From positions 1-41,767 of the IMG/VR virus record IMGVR_UViG_3300032303_000221: DNA of 41,767 nucleotides, one strand, 5' to 3'. The notes below the pieces were generated by a model. It had not been told where the DNA came from. It was given only the letters and a program-made list of their open reading frames with translations, and did not search any database. This document shows, one piece after another, positions 7,989 to 17,699 of this stretch. The translations under genes were made by a program, and so were the position numbers. Source of the DNA: a virus (taxonomy: Duplodnaviria > Caudoviricetes). Position 1 is the first letter of the stretch. Each line of letters begins with the position of its first letter.

Positions 7989-8675
7989 ATGGCCCTTTCG
8001 GGAACAAAGACGTTTGAACTCGATGTAGCTGAGTACATCGAGGAAGCTTATGAGCGGTGTGGTCTGGAGATCCGTACAGGATATGACCAGCGCACTGCTC
8101 GCAGAAGCTTGAACCTTTTGCTTGCCGAGTGGGCTAACCGTGGCCTCAACCAATGGACCATTGAGCGTGTGACGATCCCGGTGGATCAGACCAGCGCCAG
8201 CTATAATCTCCCCGCATCTGTCATCGACTTCCTGACTGTTGTCGTTCAGATGCCCAACAACGGTAGCAGCATCGCCAACATTGATCTGACAGTTGATCGG
8301 ATCAGCCGCGACTACTACCTGAATATCCCGAACAAAACCACGACAGGCCGTCCTGTCCAGTACACGATCAACCGTATGATTACGCCGGTCCTGTACCTCT
8401 GGCCTACCCCGGACCAAGAGTATGACCTGATCGTTGACAGATTGGTCCGCATGGACGATGCCTCGGCGGGTGTAAATACCGTTCAGGTTCCCTTCCGATT
8501 CTACCCGTGTCTTGCTGCGGGGTTGGCCTACTACATCGCAATGAAGAAGGCTCCTGACAGGATCCAGCTTCTCAAGGCGGCGTATGAGGAGGAGTTTGAT
8601 AGGGCCATGAGCGAGGACCGTGATAGGGCATCCCTCACGCTTACCCCGGTGAGGGACTGGTATAGGGTGGTTTAG
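7989..8675 (+). CDS. head-tail connector/adaptor protein (putative)
   Basis: IEEAYERCG...ARRSLNLLLAEWANRGLN...YLNIPNK...GRP...PFRFYPCLAAGLAYY; position after the capsid module. Confidence 0.65.
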   Translation: MALSGTKTFELDVAEYIEEAYERCGLEIRTGYDQRTARRSLNLLLAEWANRGLNQWTIERVTIPVDQTSASYNLPASVIDFLTVVVQMPNNGSSIANIDLTVDRISRDYYLNIPNKTTTGRPVQYTINRMITPVLYLWPTPDQEYDLIVDRLVRMDDASAGVNTVQVPFRFYPCLAAGLAYYIAMKKAPDRIQLLKAAYEEEFDRAMSEDRDRASLTLTPVRDWYRVV

Positions 8676-8676
8676 C

Positions 8677-8982
8677 ATGGCTAAATACACCCAAGGCTCA
8701 GTTGCGATTGCTCTATGCGATAGGTGCGGGTTTCAGTACCCGTTCCGCAGCCTGCGCAAGCAATGGAATGGCTACAAGAACTGCATCCATTGCTGGGAAA
8801 TGAAACATCCTCAGTTGGACCCCATCTATCCCCCGACTGAACCGCAGGCTATCTTTGAGCCGCGCCCATCTCGGGTTGAGCCTATGGATGTTCCTGTCGG
8901 TCAGGAGATTTTCCCCTTCATCCAGAACACCAGCCTCCAAGGTGTTATGATGGTCGGCGTCATTACTGTGAGGATCACCTGA
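8677..8982 (+). CDS. conserved phage protein with two CxxC pairs
   Basis: CDRCGFQY...CIHCWEMKHPQ...PRP. Confidence 0.75.
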   Translation: MAKYTQGSVAIALCDRCGFQYPFRSLRKQWNGYKNCIHCWEMKHPQLDPIYPPTEPQAIFEPRPSRVEPMDVPVGQEIFPFIQNTSLQGVMMVGVITVRIT

Positions 8983-9617
8983 TGGGATGGACCTACGCTA
9001 CCCTTGTCCAAGCTGTGAAGGACTTCACGGAGTACACTGAGACCAGCTTTGTGGATAACATCGACACGTTCATCCAGAACTGTGAAGAACGAATCCTGTA
9101 CTCCGTCGATTTAGCTGTCTATCGCAAGAACGATACGGGAACAACGACGGCTGGAAACCCTTACATGGCTGTTCCCAGTGACTTCCGCGCTCCTCTTGGC
9201 ATGAGTGTTTTCGTCAGTGGGGTGAGAAGTTTCTTGCTTAATAAGGATGTCGAGTATCTTCAGGAGTATAATCCAACGGGCGCTCAGGGCACTCCAAAGT
9301 ATTATGCTCTGTTCGACGTTGACAACTTTCTTCTGTCGCCGACTCCAAACGCTGCACTGACAGTTGAACTTCACTACTGGTATAGCCCAGAGTCGATTGT
9401 CACGGCGGGAACGACATGGATCGGGACGAATGCCGAGCAGGCACTTCTTTACGGGACGCTGTTCGAGGCGTACACCTACATGAAGGGCGAACCGGAGATC
9501 CTGAACCTCTATAACCAGAGGTTTGCGGAGGCTCTGACCCGCCTGAAGAACTACGGCGAAGGTAGGGAAGATACCGACGCTTATCGTGATGGTCTCATTA
9601 GAATAAAGGCTACCTAA
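8982..9617 (+). CDS. tail adaptor / tubular protein A-like (putative)
   Basis: TYATLVQAVKDFTE...FIQNCEERI...GTPKYYA...SPTP...LLYGTLFEAYTYMKG; TGATG coupling. Confidence 0.6.
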   Translation: MGWTYATLVQAVKDFTEYTETSFVDNIDTFIQNCEERILYSVDLAVYRKNDTGTTTAGNPYMAVPSDFRAPLGMSVFVSGVRSFLLNKDVEYLQEYNPTGAQGTPKYYALFDVDNFLLSPTPNAALTVELHYWYSPESIVTAGTTWIGTNAEQALLYGTLFEAYTYMKGEPEILNLYNQRFAEALTRLKNYGEGREDTDAYRDGLIRIKAT

Positions 9618-9907
9618 TGTACGTAGAAGCTGCACAGGCACAAGTTTTCAAAGTCGATGTCGAGACCTCGGACAATGGCGGTCATCCCCCAGAGTTTTGG
9701 GCGAAGAGGGCGGCTGACAGAATTGTTCAGGTTGCGGAGAATGCTCATCCGGCAATCCGTGAACAGGCGCTGGCCTACAAGGCCGCAATCGAAGTTGTAG
9801 TGCTTGAACACATAAATCGTGCTATAAAGTGCGACAGATCGACGGTCAGTTATCTGGTGTCAGAGGCTGGTCATCCTCAACTGGCTGAACATCTTAGGAG
9901 GCTGTAA
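9617..9907 (+). CDS. conserved hypothetical phage protein
   Basis: TSDNGGHPPEFWA...HPAIREQA; TAATG coupling on both sides. Confidence 0.72.
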   Translation: MYVEAAQAQVFKVDVETSDNGGHPPEFWAKRAADRIVQVAENAHPAIREQALAYKAAIEVVVLEHINRAIKCDRSTVSYLVSEAGHPQLAEHLRRL

Positions 9908-10365
9908 TGGCTTTTACCGGAAACTTCATGTGTACGTCGTTCAAGCTTCAGCTTCTGACGGCGACCCATGCTTTCACAACGACCCAGATCCGCGCAGCTA
10001 CCACGGCGGATACGTTCAAGATTGCGTTGTACACATCCTCGGCTACGCTTGATGCGTCTACGACGGTCTACTCCACGACCAACGAAATCACCAATACGTC
10101 TGGGTCTGCATACACGGCTGGTGGCAATACCTTGACGAGCGCCACTACCACTTCGAGTGGGACGACGGCCTACGTAGATTTTGCGGACTCCTCATGGTCT
10201 ACGGCATCCTTCACTGCTCGTGGCGCGTTGATCTACAACTCCACACAGAGCAACAAGTCCGTCGTGGTTCTGGACTTTGGTTCGGACAAGACCGCCTCGG
10301 CGGGCACGTTCACCATTGTCTTCCCGACCAACGACGCCAGCAACGCAATCATCCGGATTGCGTAA
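9907..10365 (+). CDS. conserved virion/tail protein
   Basis: MCTSFK...FKIALYTSSATL...YTAGG...FTARGALIYNS...VLDFGSDKT...AIIRIA. Confidence 0.75.
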   Translation: MAFTGNFMCTSFKLQLLTATHAFTTTQIRAATTADTFKIALYTSSATLDASTTVYSTTNEITNTSGSAYTAGGNTLTSATTTSSGTTAYVDFADSSWSTASFTARGALIYNSTQSNKSVVVLDFGSDKTASAGTFTIVFPTNDASNAIIRIA

Positions 10366-10393
10366 TCGCTGTTCTGGATGATCGAGGATTGAC

Positions 10394-11881
10394 ATGGCCT
10401 TCGTTACAGCGGATCGCGTTCTTGACACGTCCACGTCCACTGGAACGGGGGCTATGACCGTTTCTGGAACGGCCCCCACAGGATATCGCACGTTCTCTGC
10501 TGTGATGAGTGTTGCTGACACCTGTTACTACACTATCCAACATGCGACCTTGAACGAATGGGAGAACGGGACAGGGACCTATTCTTCCTCCAATACGCTT
10601 ACGCGAACTACTGTCATATCATCTTCCAACTCAAACTCTGCCGTCACCTTTTCGGCGGGTAGCAAGAACGTCTCAATCACTCTACTTGCCTCTAAGTCAG
10701 GACAGGTTGATCCGTCTGGGGCCAGCGTCAATGCGGGCGGCGGGGTTCTTGCATGGCAGTCTGTGCAGGCTGGAAACTTCACGGCTGTTGCTGGCCGTGC
10801 CTATCCCGTCAATACCACATCTGGTGCGATTACTGTCACGCTTCCTGCAAGCCCCACTGCGGGGCAGATTGTTCAGATCACTGACTACGCGGGGACATTT
10901 GGAACGAATGCCTGCACTGTTTCTCCTAATGGCAATAAAATAAATGGCGCTTCTAGCAACTTCTTTTTGGCTACGGCCCGCGAGGGTGTGTCGTTGGTAT
11001 ATATCGACTCCACGCAAGGTTGGCTGATCTACTCCGGCATCAGTGCGACAAATCCCCAAACCTACAGTGCATCATATCTTGTGATCGCGGGCGGTGGCGG
11101 TGGTGGATATAACACGGGCGGCGGTGGTGGTGCTGGCGGGCTTTTAAGTGGCACAACAACATTTACTAGCGGCGTCACATATACGGCTACCGTTGGTGGC
11201 GCGGGCGCGGGATCATCAACAGCAAATATCCCCGGCTCAAGCGGCACAGATTCTAGTTTGAGCGGTACTGGCCTCACAACAGTTACTGCAACGGGCGGCG
11301 GCGGTGGGCAGTCGTTTGTGGCCTCGGGAACAGTGAACGGTATTGCAGGTGGCTCTGGGGGTGGGGGTGGTGCCCACGCCCTTTCAGGGGCAGCCTCAAG
11401 CGGTGGTTCGGGAACAAGTGGACAGGGGTTTGCTGGTGGTGCGGGCGGCGTAAACCCGGCCTACGGCGCTGGCGGCGGTGGCGGTTCTAGCGCAATCGGT
11501 GTGACCGGCACAAGCGCTGCTGCGGGTGCGGGTGGCGCGGGGACATCATCGTCTATTACTGGTTCTGCTGTCACATATGCAGGCGGTGGCGGCGGCGGCT
11601 CCGCATCCGGAACAGCGGGTGCGGGCGGTACAGGCGGTGGTGGTAGGGGTGCTGTTGCAACGACGGCGGGAACGGCTGCATCGGTTGCAAATTCGGGAAG
11701 CGGCGGCGGCGGCGGGGGCAATTCCACAGCCATCAACGGTTATGCTGGCGCTGATGGAACCGTCATTTTGTCTGTGCCAACCTTTTATTATACTGCCATC
11801 ACAACGGGTTCGCCCACTGTCACTACAAGCGGTAGCAACACCATCATCAAGTTCACCGTAAGCGGGACATATGTAGCATGA
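10394..11881 (+). CDS. glycine-rich tail fibre/spike protein
   Basis: N-terminal ADRVLDTSTSTGTG anchor, middle FTAVAGRAYPVNTTSGAITVTLPASP module, C-terminal Gly-rich domain (YLVIAGGGGGG...). Confidence 0.8.
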   Translation: MAFVTADRVLDTSTSTGTGAMTVSGTAPTGYRTFSAVMSVADTCYYTIQHATLNEWENGTGTYSSSNTLTRTTVISSSNSNSAVTFSAGSKNVSITLLASKSGQVDPSGASVNAGGGVLAWQSVQAGNFTAVAGRAYPVNTTSGAITVTLPASPTAGQIVQITDYAGTFGTNACTVSPNGNKINGASSNFFLATAREGVSLVYIDSTQGWLIYSGISATNPQTYSASYLVIAGGGGGGYNTGGGGGAGGLLSGTTTFTSGVTYTATVGGAGAGSSTANIPGSSGTDSSLSGTGLTTVTATGGGGGQSFVASGTVNGIAGGSGGGGGAHALSGAASSGGSGTSGQGFAGGAGGVNPAYGAGGGGGSSAIGVTGTSAAAGAGGAGTSSSITGSAVTYAGGGGGGSASGTAGAGGTGGGGRGAVATTAGTAASVANSGSGGGGGGNSTAINGYAGADGTVILSVPTFYYTAITTGSPTVTTSGSNTIIKFTVSGTYVA

Positions 11882-12180
11882 GCCACTTTGCAAAGGTTTT
11901 GGACGGCAAGGTTCTCAAGATCATTGCCGCAGAGGCAGATTTCTTTGACACGTTCATTGATTCGTCGCCGGGTGAGTGGATACAGACTGATTACAATACC
12001 CGTGGGAATGTCCACTACGGGCTGAATGGTGAGCCCGATGGTGGCGCTCCAATGCGCGGCAACTATGCCGGAATAGGTTATGTTTACGACGTTGCAAATG
12101 ATGTGTTCCATGCTCCGCAGCCGGGGCCGGGGTGGGTATTGAATGAGACTACATGGTTGTGGGAAGCACCTATTGAATGA
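11878..12180 (+). CDS. fibre-associated small protein
   Basis: MSHFAKV...WIQTDYN...RGNYAGIGYVYD...W-LNETTWLWEAP; ATGA overlap with the Gly-rich fibre gene. Confidence 0.75.
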   Translation: MSHFAKVLDGKVLKIIAAEADFFDTFIDSSPGEWIQTDYNTRGNVHYGLNGEPDGGAPMRGNYAGIGYVYDVANDVFHAPQPGPGWVLNETTWLWEAPIE

Positions 12181-12196
12181 GGGTGGCTATTAAACT

Positions 12197-13243
12197 ATGG
12201 CAACGGCATACGGAATCGGCTCAGGCCCTGTAGGTGACGGCCCCGTAGGCGGGCCGGTGCCGGATGCTGCCTCCGATGTGTCCGTATCCGTAACCGGGGT
12301 ATCCTCCACCGGCTCAGTTGGCACGGCTGATGCTGGAGCTATCACAAGCATTGAAGTTTTTTTTGAGGGTTGGGGGCGAGCGCCCGGCTGGGACCAAGGT
12401 CCTTTCGGCACGGGGACCGTGGATATCGGTCTGGCAACGGGTGCCGTTGGTACAGCAACGATTACGGCAGATGCCAACGTAGACACGACCGGGTCTTCCG
12501 CCACAGGTGCTGTCGGCGACTCCACCATCACGGCAGATGCCAATATCAGTTTGACTGGGGTATCAGCAACCAGCGCAGTCGGAACTGCAACCGTCACGGC
12601 GGATGCTAACGTAGATACAACCGGATCCTCTGCCACGGGTGCGGTTGGAACAGTCACTCTCGTATACGACGCCAACGTCAGCCCGACGGGTGTATCTGCC
12701 ACGGGTGCGGTTGGAACAGTCACTCTTGTATACGACGCCAACGTCAGCCCCACAGGCCTGTCTGCCACGGGTTCTGTTGGGACCGCGACGGTCACGGCAG
12801 ATGCCAACGTCAGCCCCACAGGCCTGTCTGCCACGGGTTCTGTCGGGACTGCGACGGTCACGGCAGATGCCAATGTAGACCTCACGGGCTCTTCCGCCAC
12901 CGGCAACGTAGGGACTGCAACTGTTGCGGCAGATGCCAATGTAGACCTCACGGGCGTATTCGCCACAAGTTCTGTTGGAAGTGTTGCGGTCGCGTTCCCC
13001 ATTGATGTTTTCCCTACGGGTGTCTACGGCACGGGGTATGCGGGATCCGTTACGGTAACGCTAGACATAAACGTCTTTCTTGCAGGGATCAGTGCGACAG
13101 GGTATGTTGGGCCAGTTCTGGTTTGGGGCCAGATTGTTCCCAACCAAGATCCGAATTGGACTCAGGTATCCCCTGCTCAGACGCCCGCTTGGTCGCCAAT
13201 ATCTCCATCCCAAGATCCCGGATGGACCCCGATAGCCGCTTAG
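12197..13243 (+). CDS. repetitive virion fibre/shaft protein
   Basis: About 9 repeats of a 22-aa unit (SATGAVGTVT...DANV-x-x-TG); Trp/Pro-rich C-terminus. Confidence 0.75.
   Translation: MATAYGIGSGPVGDGPVGGPVPDAASDVSVSVTGVSSTGSVGTADAGAITSIEVFFEGWGRAPGWDQGPFGTGTVDIGLATGAVGTATITADANVDTTGSSATGAVGDSTITADANISLTGVSATSAVGTATVTADANVDTTGSSATGAVGTVTLVYDANVSPTGVSATGAVGTVTLVYDANVSPTGLSATGSVGTATVTADANVSPTGLSATGSVGTATVTADANVDLTGSSATGNVGTATVAADANVDLTGVFATSSVGSVAVAFPIDVFPTGVYGTGYAGSVTVTLDINVFLAGISATGYVGPVLVWGQIVPNQDPNWTQVSPAQTPAWSPISPSQDPGWTPIAA
12431..12990 (+). repeat. 66-bp coding tandem repeat array
   Basis: tctgccacggg recurs at 12629, 12695, 12761 and 12827 (period 66); flanking units are more degenerate, so the edges are approximate. 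Confidence 0.85.
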
Positions 13244-13250
13244 GAGATAC

Positions 13251-14786
13251 ATGATGGCTAGTACCTATTCGACAAACCTTGGTCTCGAACTCATTGCTAC
13301 GGGTGAGCAGTCCGGTACATGGGGTGCAACGACCAACACCAACTTTGGTACGCTAACGGAGCAGGCTATCGTTGGGTATGGTACTCAAATTGTTACAGAT
13401 AGTGGAACAGCAACCGTACTCACCATCTCCAACGGAGCGTCATCCACGGGCCGAAACTATGTGATCGCTCTGACAGGCACGCTCACAGCGGACAGGACCG
13501 TCACTGTCCCTGCTGTCAACAAGCCCTACGTGTTCTTCAACAATACTGTAGGTGGTTTCTCCGTCACCGTGAAGGTCTCCGGCCAGACGGGCGTGACCAT
13601 TGCCAACGGCAAGAAGGCCATCGTCTACACCAATAGCACAGATGTCATCGAGGTTGCCAACGCTCCTGTCACGGAAGCTGGTACACAAACCCTGACGAAC
13701 AAGACGCTGACGACCCCTGTGATTAATGGTTTTAGTGGAAGCACTGCTGCCATCACCATTGGTACATCCCAGTTTGTTAAGGATACTAGCGGGAACGTGG
13801 GGATTGGGACGGCTTCGCCAGCAGAAGCTTTCAATGTCAAGCGCGGTGCGGGTGTATCTGCTTATGCTGAGTTTGCCGGGAATAATAATACGTTGGGGAC
13901 TACAAGCGTTTTGTATGGTCAAGATAGTGGGAGCAACGGGTACTTCTACAACCGGGCTAATGCGCCAATTATTTTTGGCACCAACAGCACTGAACGTATG
14001 CGTATCAATGCCACCGGCAACGTCGGCATTGGGACGACTTCGCCAGCGTATCCTTTAGATGTCAATGGCCTGATAGGTTCTAAAGGCGGCGCACTTGCTA
14101 CTCGCAGTAGTGCGGCTAGTAGCGGCTTTGTTTACAATAACTTTTATGATGCAGCGGGTAATGCTGCAATTTTGTGTGGCGCTTATAGCGATACGGCAAA
14201 CGCATATAGAAACGCCTATCACATATTTGGGTCTGTCGGCGGCGCGACAGAATACATGCGCATCGACACCAGCGGTAATTTGCTGGTGGGGACGAATAGT
14301 TCAGATGCTAGATTAAACGTACTGGCAAGTGACTCATTGTCATCCAATTATGCAATTCTTGCAAGAAATTCTTCAAGCACCACTTTATTTTATGTAAGAA
14401 ATGACGGTTATCTTACGACTGGAACCGCATCTTTTTCTCCCTACAATTACACAACTGGAAACGCCGCAAACGTATTTATAGATACCAACGGAGGACTTGT
14501 CCGATCAACATCTTCATTGCGGTACAAAAATAGCATTCAAGATGCTACATATGGCCTTGATGATGTGCTAAAACTTCGCGCTGTAACCTACAAAAATAAC
14601 AACGATGGAGACCATGTATTTGGTGGTTTCATCGCTGAAGAAGTAGATTCAGCGGGATTGAAAGAGTTTGTTTCATACGACAAAGAAGGCCGACCGGATG
14701 CACTTCATTATGCAAACATGGCGGCTTTGATGGCAAGGGCCATCCAAGAACTCGCGGCCAAGGTAGCCGCACTAGAGGGGAAGTAA
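13251..14786 (+). CDS. tail fibre with C-terminal peptidase S74-like intramolecular chaperone
   Basis: MASTYSTNLGLEL...GTWG anchor, TQTLTNKTL, GNVGIGT repeats, C-terminal SSLRYKNSI...GFIAEEV...AIQEL coiled coil. Confidence 0.85.
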   Translation: MMASTYSTNLGLELIATGEQSGTWGATTNTNFGTLTEQAIVGYGTQIVTDSGTATVLTISNGASSTGRNYVIALTGTLTADRTVTVPAVNKPYVFFNNTVGGFSVTVKVSGQTGVTIANGKKAIVYTNSTDVIEVANAPVTEAGTQTLTNKTLTTPVINGFSGSTAAITIGTSQFVKDTSGNVGIGTASPAEAFNVKRGAGVSAYAEFAGNNNTLGTTSVLYGQDSGSNGYFYNRANAPIIFGTNSTERMRINATGNVGIGTTSPAYPLDVNGLIGSKGGALATRSSAASSGFVYNNFYDAAGNAAILCGAYSDTANAYRNAYHIFGSVGGATEYMRIDTSGNLLVGTNSSDARLNVLASDSLSSNYAILARNSSSTTLFYVRNDGYLTTGTASFSPYNYTTGNAANVFIDTNGGLVRSTSSLRYKNSIQDATYGLDDVLKLRAVTYKNNNDGDHVFGGFIAEEVDSAGLKEFVSYDKEGRPDALHYANMAALMARAIQELAAKVAALEGK

Positions 14787-14787
14787 A

Positions 14788-14934
14788 ATGAAGCTCGAAC
14801 TGACCATCGACGAAATCAACGTCATCATGCAGGCGCTAGGCAATGCCCCCTACGTTCAGGTGGCGGCGCTCGTCCAGAAGATTCGTGAACAGGTCCAGCC
14901 GCAAGTAGCGGCCCCGCAGGAGAACGCACAATGA
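14788..14934 (+). CDS. small fibre-associated protein (48 aa)
   Basis: Translated by hand: MKLELTIDEINVIMQALGNAPYVQVAALVQKIREQVQPQVAAPQENAQ; ATGA overlap with the next gene; not in the ORF track. Confidence 0.78.
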   Translation: MKLELTIDEINVIMQALGNAPYVQVAALVQKIREQVQPQVAAPQENAQ

Positions 14935-15260
14935 GCATCACCAACACATGGGTCATCGAACAGATGACTTGCTATCCCACCTACGAGAGCCAGACGGATG
15001 TGGTGTTCAGTGTCGCTTGGCGTGTCAATGCCACTGACGGCACCTTCTACGCCACCGCCTATGGCACTCAGGGCGTCACCTACGTCGCTGGGTCTGCCTA
15101 CACCCCCTACGCTGACCTCACGCAGGCTCAGGTCATTGGTTGGGTGCAGACGGCTATGGGGCCTGAACAGGTCGCCAACATTGAGGCGAATGTCGCCACA
15201 CAGATTGATAACCTCATCAATCCCCCGGCTGTAAATCCTCCGCTGCCTTGGAAATCGTGA
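14931..15260 (+). CDS. fibre-associated/assembly protein
   Basis: AGGAG RBS; TWVIEQM...DVVFSVAWR...PYADLTQAQVIGWV...LPW. Confidence 0.75.
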   Translation: MSITNTWVIEQMTCYPTYESQTDVVFSVAWRVNATDGTFYATAYGTQGVTYVAGSAYTPYADLTQAQVIGWVQTAMGPEQVANIEANVATQIDNLINPPAVNPPLPWKS

Positions 15261-15288
15261 GTTTGATAAAATCCTCAGGGGAATAGTC

Positions 15289-15462
15289 ATGGATGATACT
15301 AAGGTCGTGGTTGATGGTGCGATTGCTACGGGGGCCATAACGCTTCCGTGGTGGGCGATCCATTTGAACGAGTGGGCCAGCCTTGTCATCACGCTCTGCG
15401 GTCTTGTTTTGGTTGTCTTTCGCATAGCACTTGCGTACCGTGAATGGAAGAACAAGGGCTAA
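15289..15462 (+). CDS. small membrane protein (holin-like, 57 aa)
   Basis: Translated by hand: MDDTKVVVDGAIATGAITLPWWAIHLNEWASLVITLCGLVLVVFRIALAYREWKNKG; GGGGA RBS; not in the ORF track. Confidence 0.65.
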   Translation: MDDTKVVVDGAIATGAITLPWWAIHLNEWASLVITLCGLVLVVFRIALAYREWKNKG

Positions 15463-15466
15463 TGCT

Positions 15467-17317
15467 ATGGCGCTCCAAAAGCTTCAATTCCGGCCCGGTG
15501 TCATTCGCGATGTAACGGGCTATACAAATGAAGGCGGCTGGCGTGACAGCAACCTAATCCGTTTTCGTTTGGGTTTTCCACAGTCCATTGGCGGCTGGAC
15601 GAAGTATGCTCCACACAACCCATTCCTAGGTACGTGTCGGTCCCTATTGAACTGGGTTACTCTCGATAGTTCAAATCTCCTTGGCATGGGAACAAACCTA
15701 AAGTTCTACATTGAGGAGGGCGGGGTAAACTTCGACATCACCCCTATTCGGGATACTGTCACCCTCAATAATCCATTCACGGCTACGTCTGGTTTATCTG
15801 TCATAGCCGTTAGCGATGTTGCACATGGATGCGTTAACGGGGATTTTGTTACGTTTAGCGGAGCGGTATCTCTTGGTGGGAACGTAACCGCAGCGGTCCT
15901 CAATAAGGAGTACCAGATCACCTTTGTTAGCGTAGACGCTTACACGATCACCGTTGCCGTCACCGCTTCTGGTTCTGACACAGGACATGGTGGCTCTTCG
16001 GTATCTGCGGCCTACCAGATTAATACTGGTCTTGATACGCAAATTGGCGGCACTGGTTGGGGCGCAGGGACGTGGGGCCGTGGAACGTGGGGTAGTGCCA
16101 CTACGGCTGTCGTCGGAAATACCCTTCGTCTATGGGCGCAAGATAACTATGGTGAGGATCTTGTTTTCAATGTTCGCGATGGGGGGATCTACTATTGGGA
16201 TGCAAACTTTGGCAATACGGGTAGGGCCGTTGCTCTGGACTCCCTAACCACGGATACTCAAACCCCTGACGTGGCTACTCAAGTGATGGTCTCAGACCGT
16301 GACCGACACGTAATCGCGCTTGGTGCTAACTATGGGAATGGGGCTCCCCAAGATCCATTAATCATTAGGTTTTCTTCGCAAGAGGATCCGTTTACTTGGA
16401 CACCGGATCCAACCAATACGGCTGGTGATCTTCGTCTTGGTTCAGGATCGCGTATTATACGCGGCGTTGAGACGAAGCGAGAAATCGTCGTATTTACCGA
16501 CGTGGCAGCTTACTCGCTTCAATTTGTCGGTCCTCCCTACACGTTTGGTATTACGCAGATCGCTGCGGGTATAAACATCAACGGCTTCAACAGTTTTGCG
16601 ACTGTCGATGATACTGTTTACTGGATGGGGACTAGCTCCTTTTACGTATATGCGGGTCAGACGGCACCGCTCGTATGTCCCATTCAGGATTACATTTTCG
16701 ACAATTACAACAGTGCGCAGTCAGATAAGGTCTGCACGGGCGTCGTTGCGGAGTACAGCGAGATCACTTGGTTCTATCCGTCCGCTGACTCGGAAGAGAA
16801 TAACCTGTACGTGACATACAACTATGCTGATAGGGTGTGGACGCACGGATCAATGCCCCGTACCGCATGGATTGACTCCGGTATTCGCCTCTATCCAACA
16901 TCCGCCTCGGTAGACAACTACCTGTACTATCAGGAGTTTGGGACGGATGATGGAAGCACTGAGCCTCCATCTCCGCTTAATGCGTATGTTGAGAGTGCGC
17001 CAATCGACATTGGTGATGGAGACAAGTTCTCATTCGTTAGACGTTTAATCCCCGACCTCTCATTCTTTAATGCTACGAACAGTCCAACTGCTGACTTCAT
17101 CCTGAAGACGCAGAACTACCCCGGCTCAAACTATCAAAGCGGGTCTGACTCTGCGGTTGTTAGGACTTCGAAGGTCCCAGTGGATCAGTACACCCAAGTC
17201 TGCGACATCCGTCTCAGGGGTCGATCTGTCATTCTGCGGGTGGAGAGCAATAAAGTTGGAACCCGTTGGAGTCTTGGATCGCCTCGTATTGAAACGCAAG
17301 TCGATGGTAAACGCTGA
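15467..17317 (+). CDS. tail stabilisation / tail tubular protein B-like (nozzle)
   Basis: About 616 aa, beta-rich; MALQKLQFRPG start, IRFSSQEDP...AGDLRL, C-terminal RLRGR...DGKR; immediately precedes the ejection proteins. Confidence 0.7.
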   Translation: MALQKLQFRPGVIRDVTGYTNEGGWRDSNLIRFRLGFPQSIGGWTKYAPHNPFLGTCRSLLNWVTLDSSNLLGMGTNLKFYIEEGGVNFDITPIRDTVTLNNPFTATSGLSVIAVSDVAHGCVNGDFVTFSGAVSLGGNVTAAVLNKEYQITFVSVDAYTITVAVTASGSDTGHGGSSVSAAYQINTGLDTQIGGTGWGAGTWGRGTWGSATTAVVGNTLRLWAQDNYGEDLVFNVRDGGIYYWDANFGNTGRAVALDSLTTDTQTPDVATQVMVSDRDRHVIALGANYGNGAPQDPLIIRFSSQEDPFTWTPDPTNTAGDLRLGSGSRIIRGVETKREIVVFTDVAAYSLQFVGPPYTFGITQIAAGININGFNSFATVDDTVYWMGTSSFYVYAGQTAPLVCPIQDYIFDNYNSAQSDKVCTGVVAEYSEITWFYPSADSEENNLYVTYNYADRVWTHGSMPRTAWIDSGIRLYPTSASVDNYLYYQEFGTDDGSTEPPSPLNAYVESAPIDIGDGDKFSFVRRLIPDLSFFNATNSPTADFILKTQNYPGSNYQSGSDSAVVRTSKVPVDQYTQVCDIRLRGRSVILRVESNKVGTRWSLGSPRIETQVDGKR

Positions 17318-17610
17318 TGGATGTCAGGCTTGTCTTCCCGAGGTTTTCATCACCTCCCTCAGACTATGACAGGAAGTATTTTGCTGATCTTGTCCGGTCA
17401 TTGGACAACCTTGTCACGGTTGTTCAAACACCGGGCGAAGGTCGGCAGACCACGATTGTCCTGACGAACTTGGCGAACAACGACTATAATCTTGAGCCGG
17501 GCACGATCTTTGAGGTTGGTGGGGCGCTTAGGGTTTCTGTCATCTATAGCCCCTATCCAAAAGGCATATCTTCCTCGGCTTCGGTTGGGTCTGTCACAGT
17601 CACAACATGA
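17317..17610 (+). CDS. conserved hypothetical virion protein
   Basis: TGATG coupling; 97 aa. Confidence 0.7.
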   Translation: MDVRLVFPRFSSPPSDYDRKYFADLVRSLDNLVTVVQTPGEGRQTTIVLTNLANNDYNLEPGTIFEVGGALRVSVIYSPYPKGISSSASVGSVTVTT

Positions 17611-17611
17611 C

Positions 17612-17640
17612 TTGTTTTTCTGGGCCTAACAGGGTACTTT
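17612..17640 (+). promoter_or_regulatory. candidate sigma70 promoter for the ejection-protein genes
   Basis: TTGTTT-N17-TACTTT in an 89-bp intergenic gap. Confidence 0.35.
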
Positions 17641-17699
17641 TAGGAGCCAGTAACAGGCTCTGGCCCTGCTTAGAACCCTTTCGATCATAGGAACTAACT

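Noticed and set aside
12431-12990. Repeat array as a CRISPR or DGR template/variable repeat
   Set aside because: The units are contiguous in-frame coding repeats with no unique spacers; no reverse transcriptase or cas gene and no adenine-specific variation were seen
15264-15272. TGATAAAAT extended -10 promoter
   Set aside because: No supporting -35 and only a short gap; too weak to list as a feature
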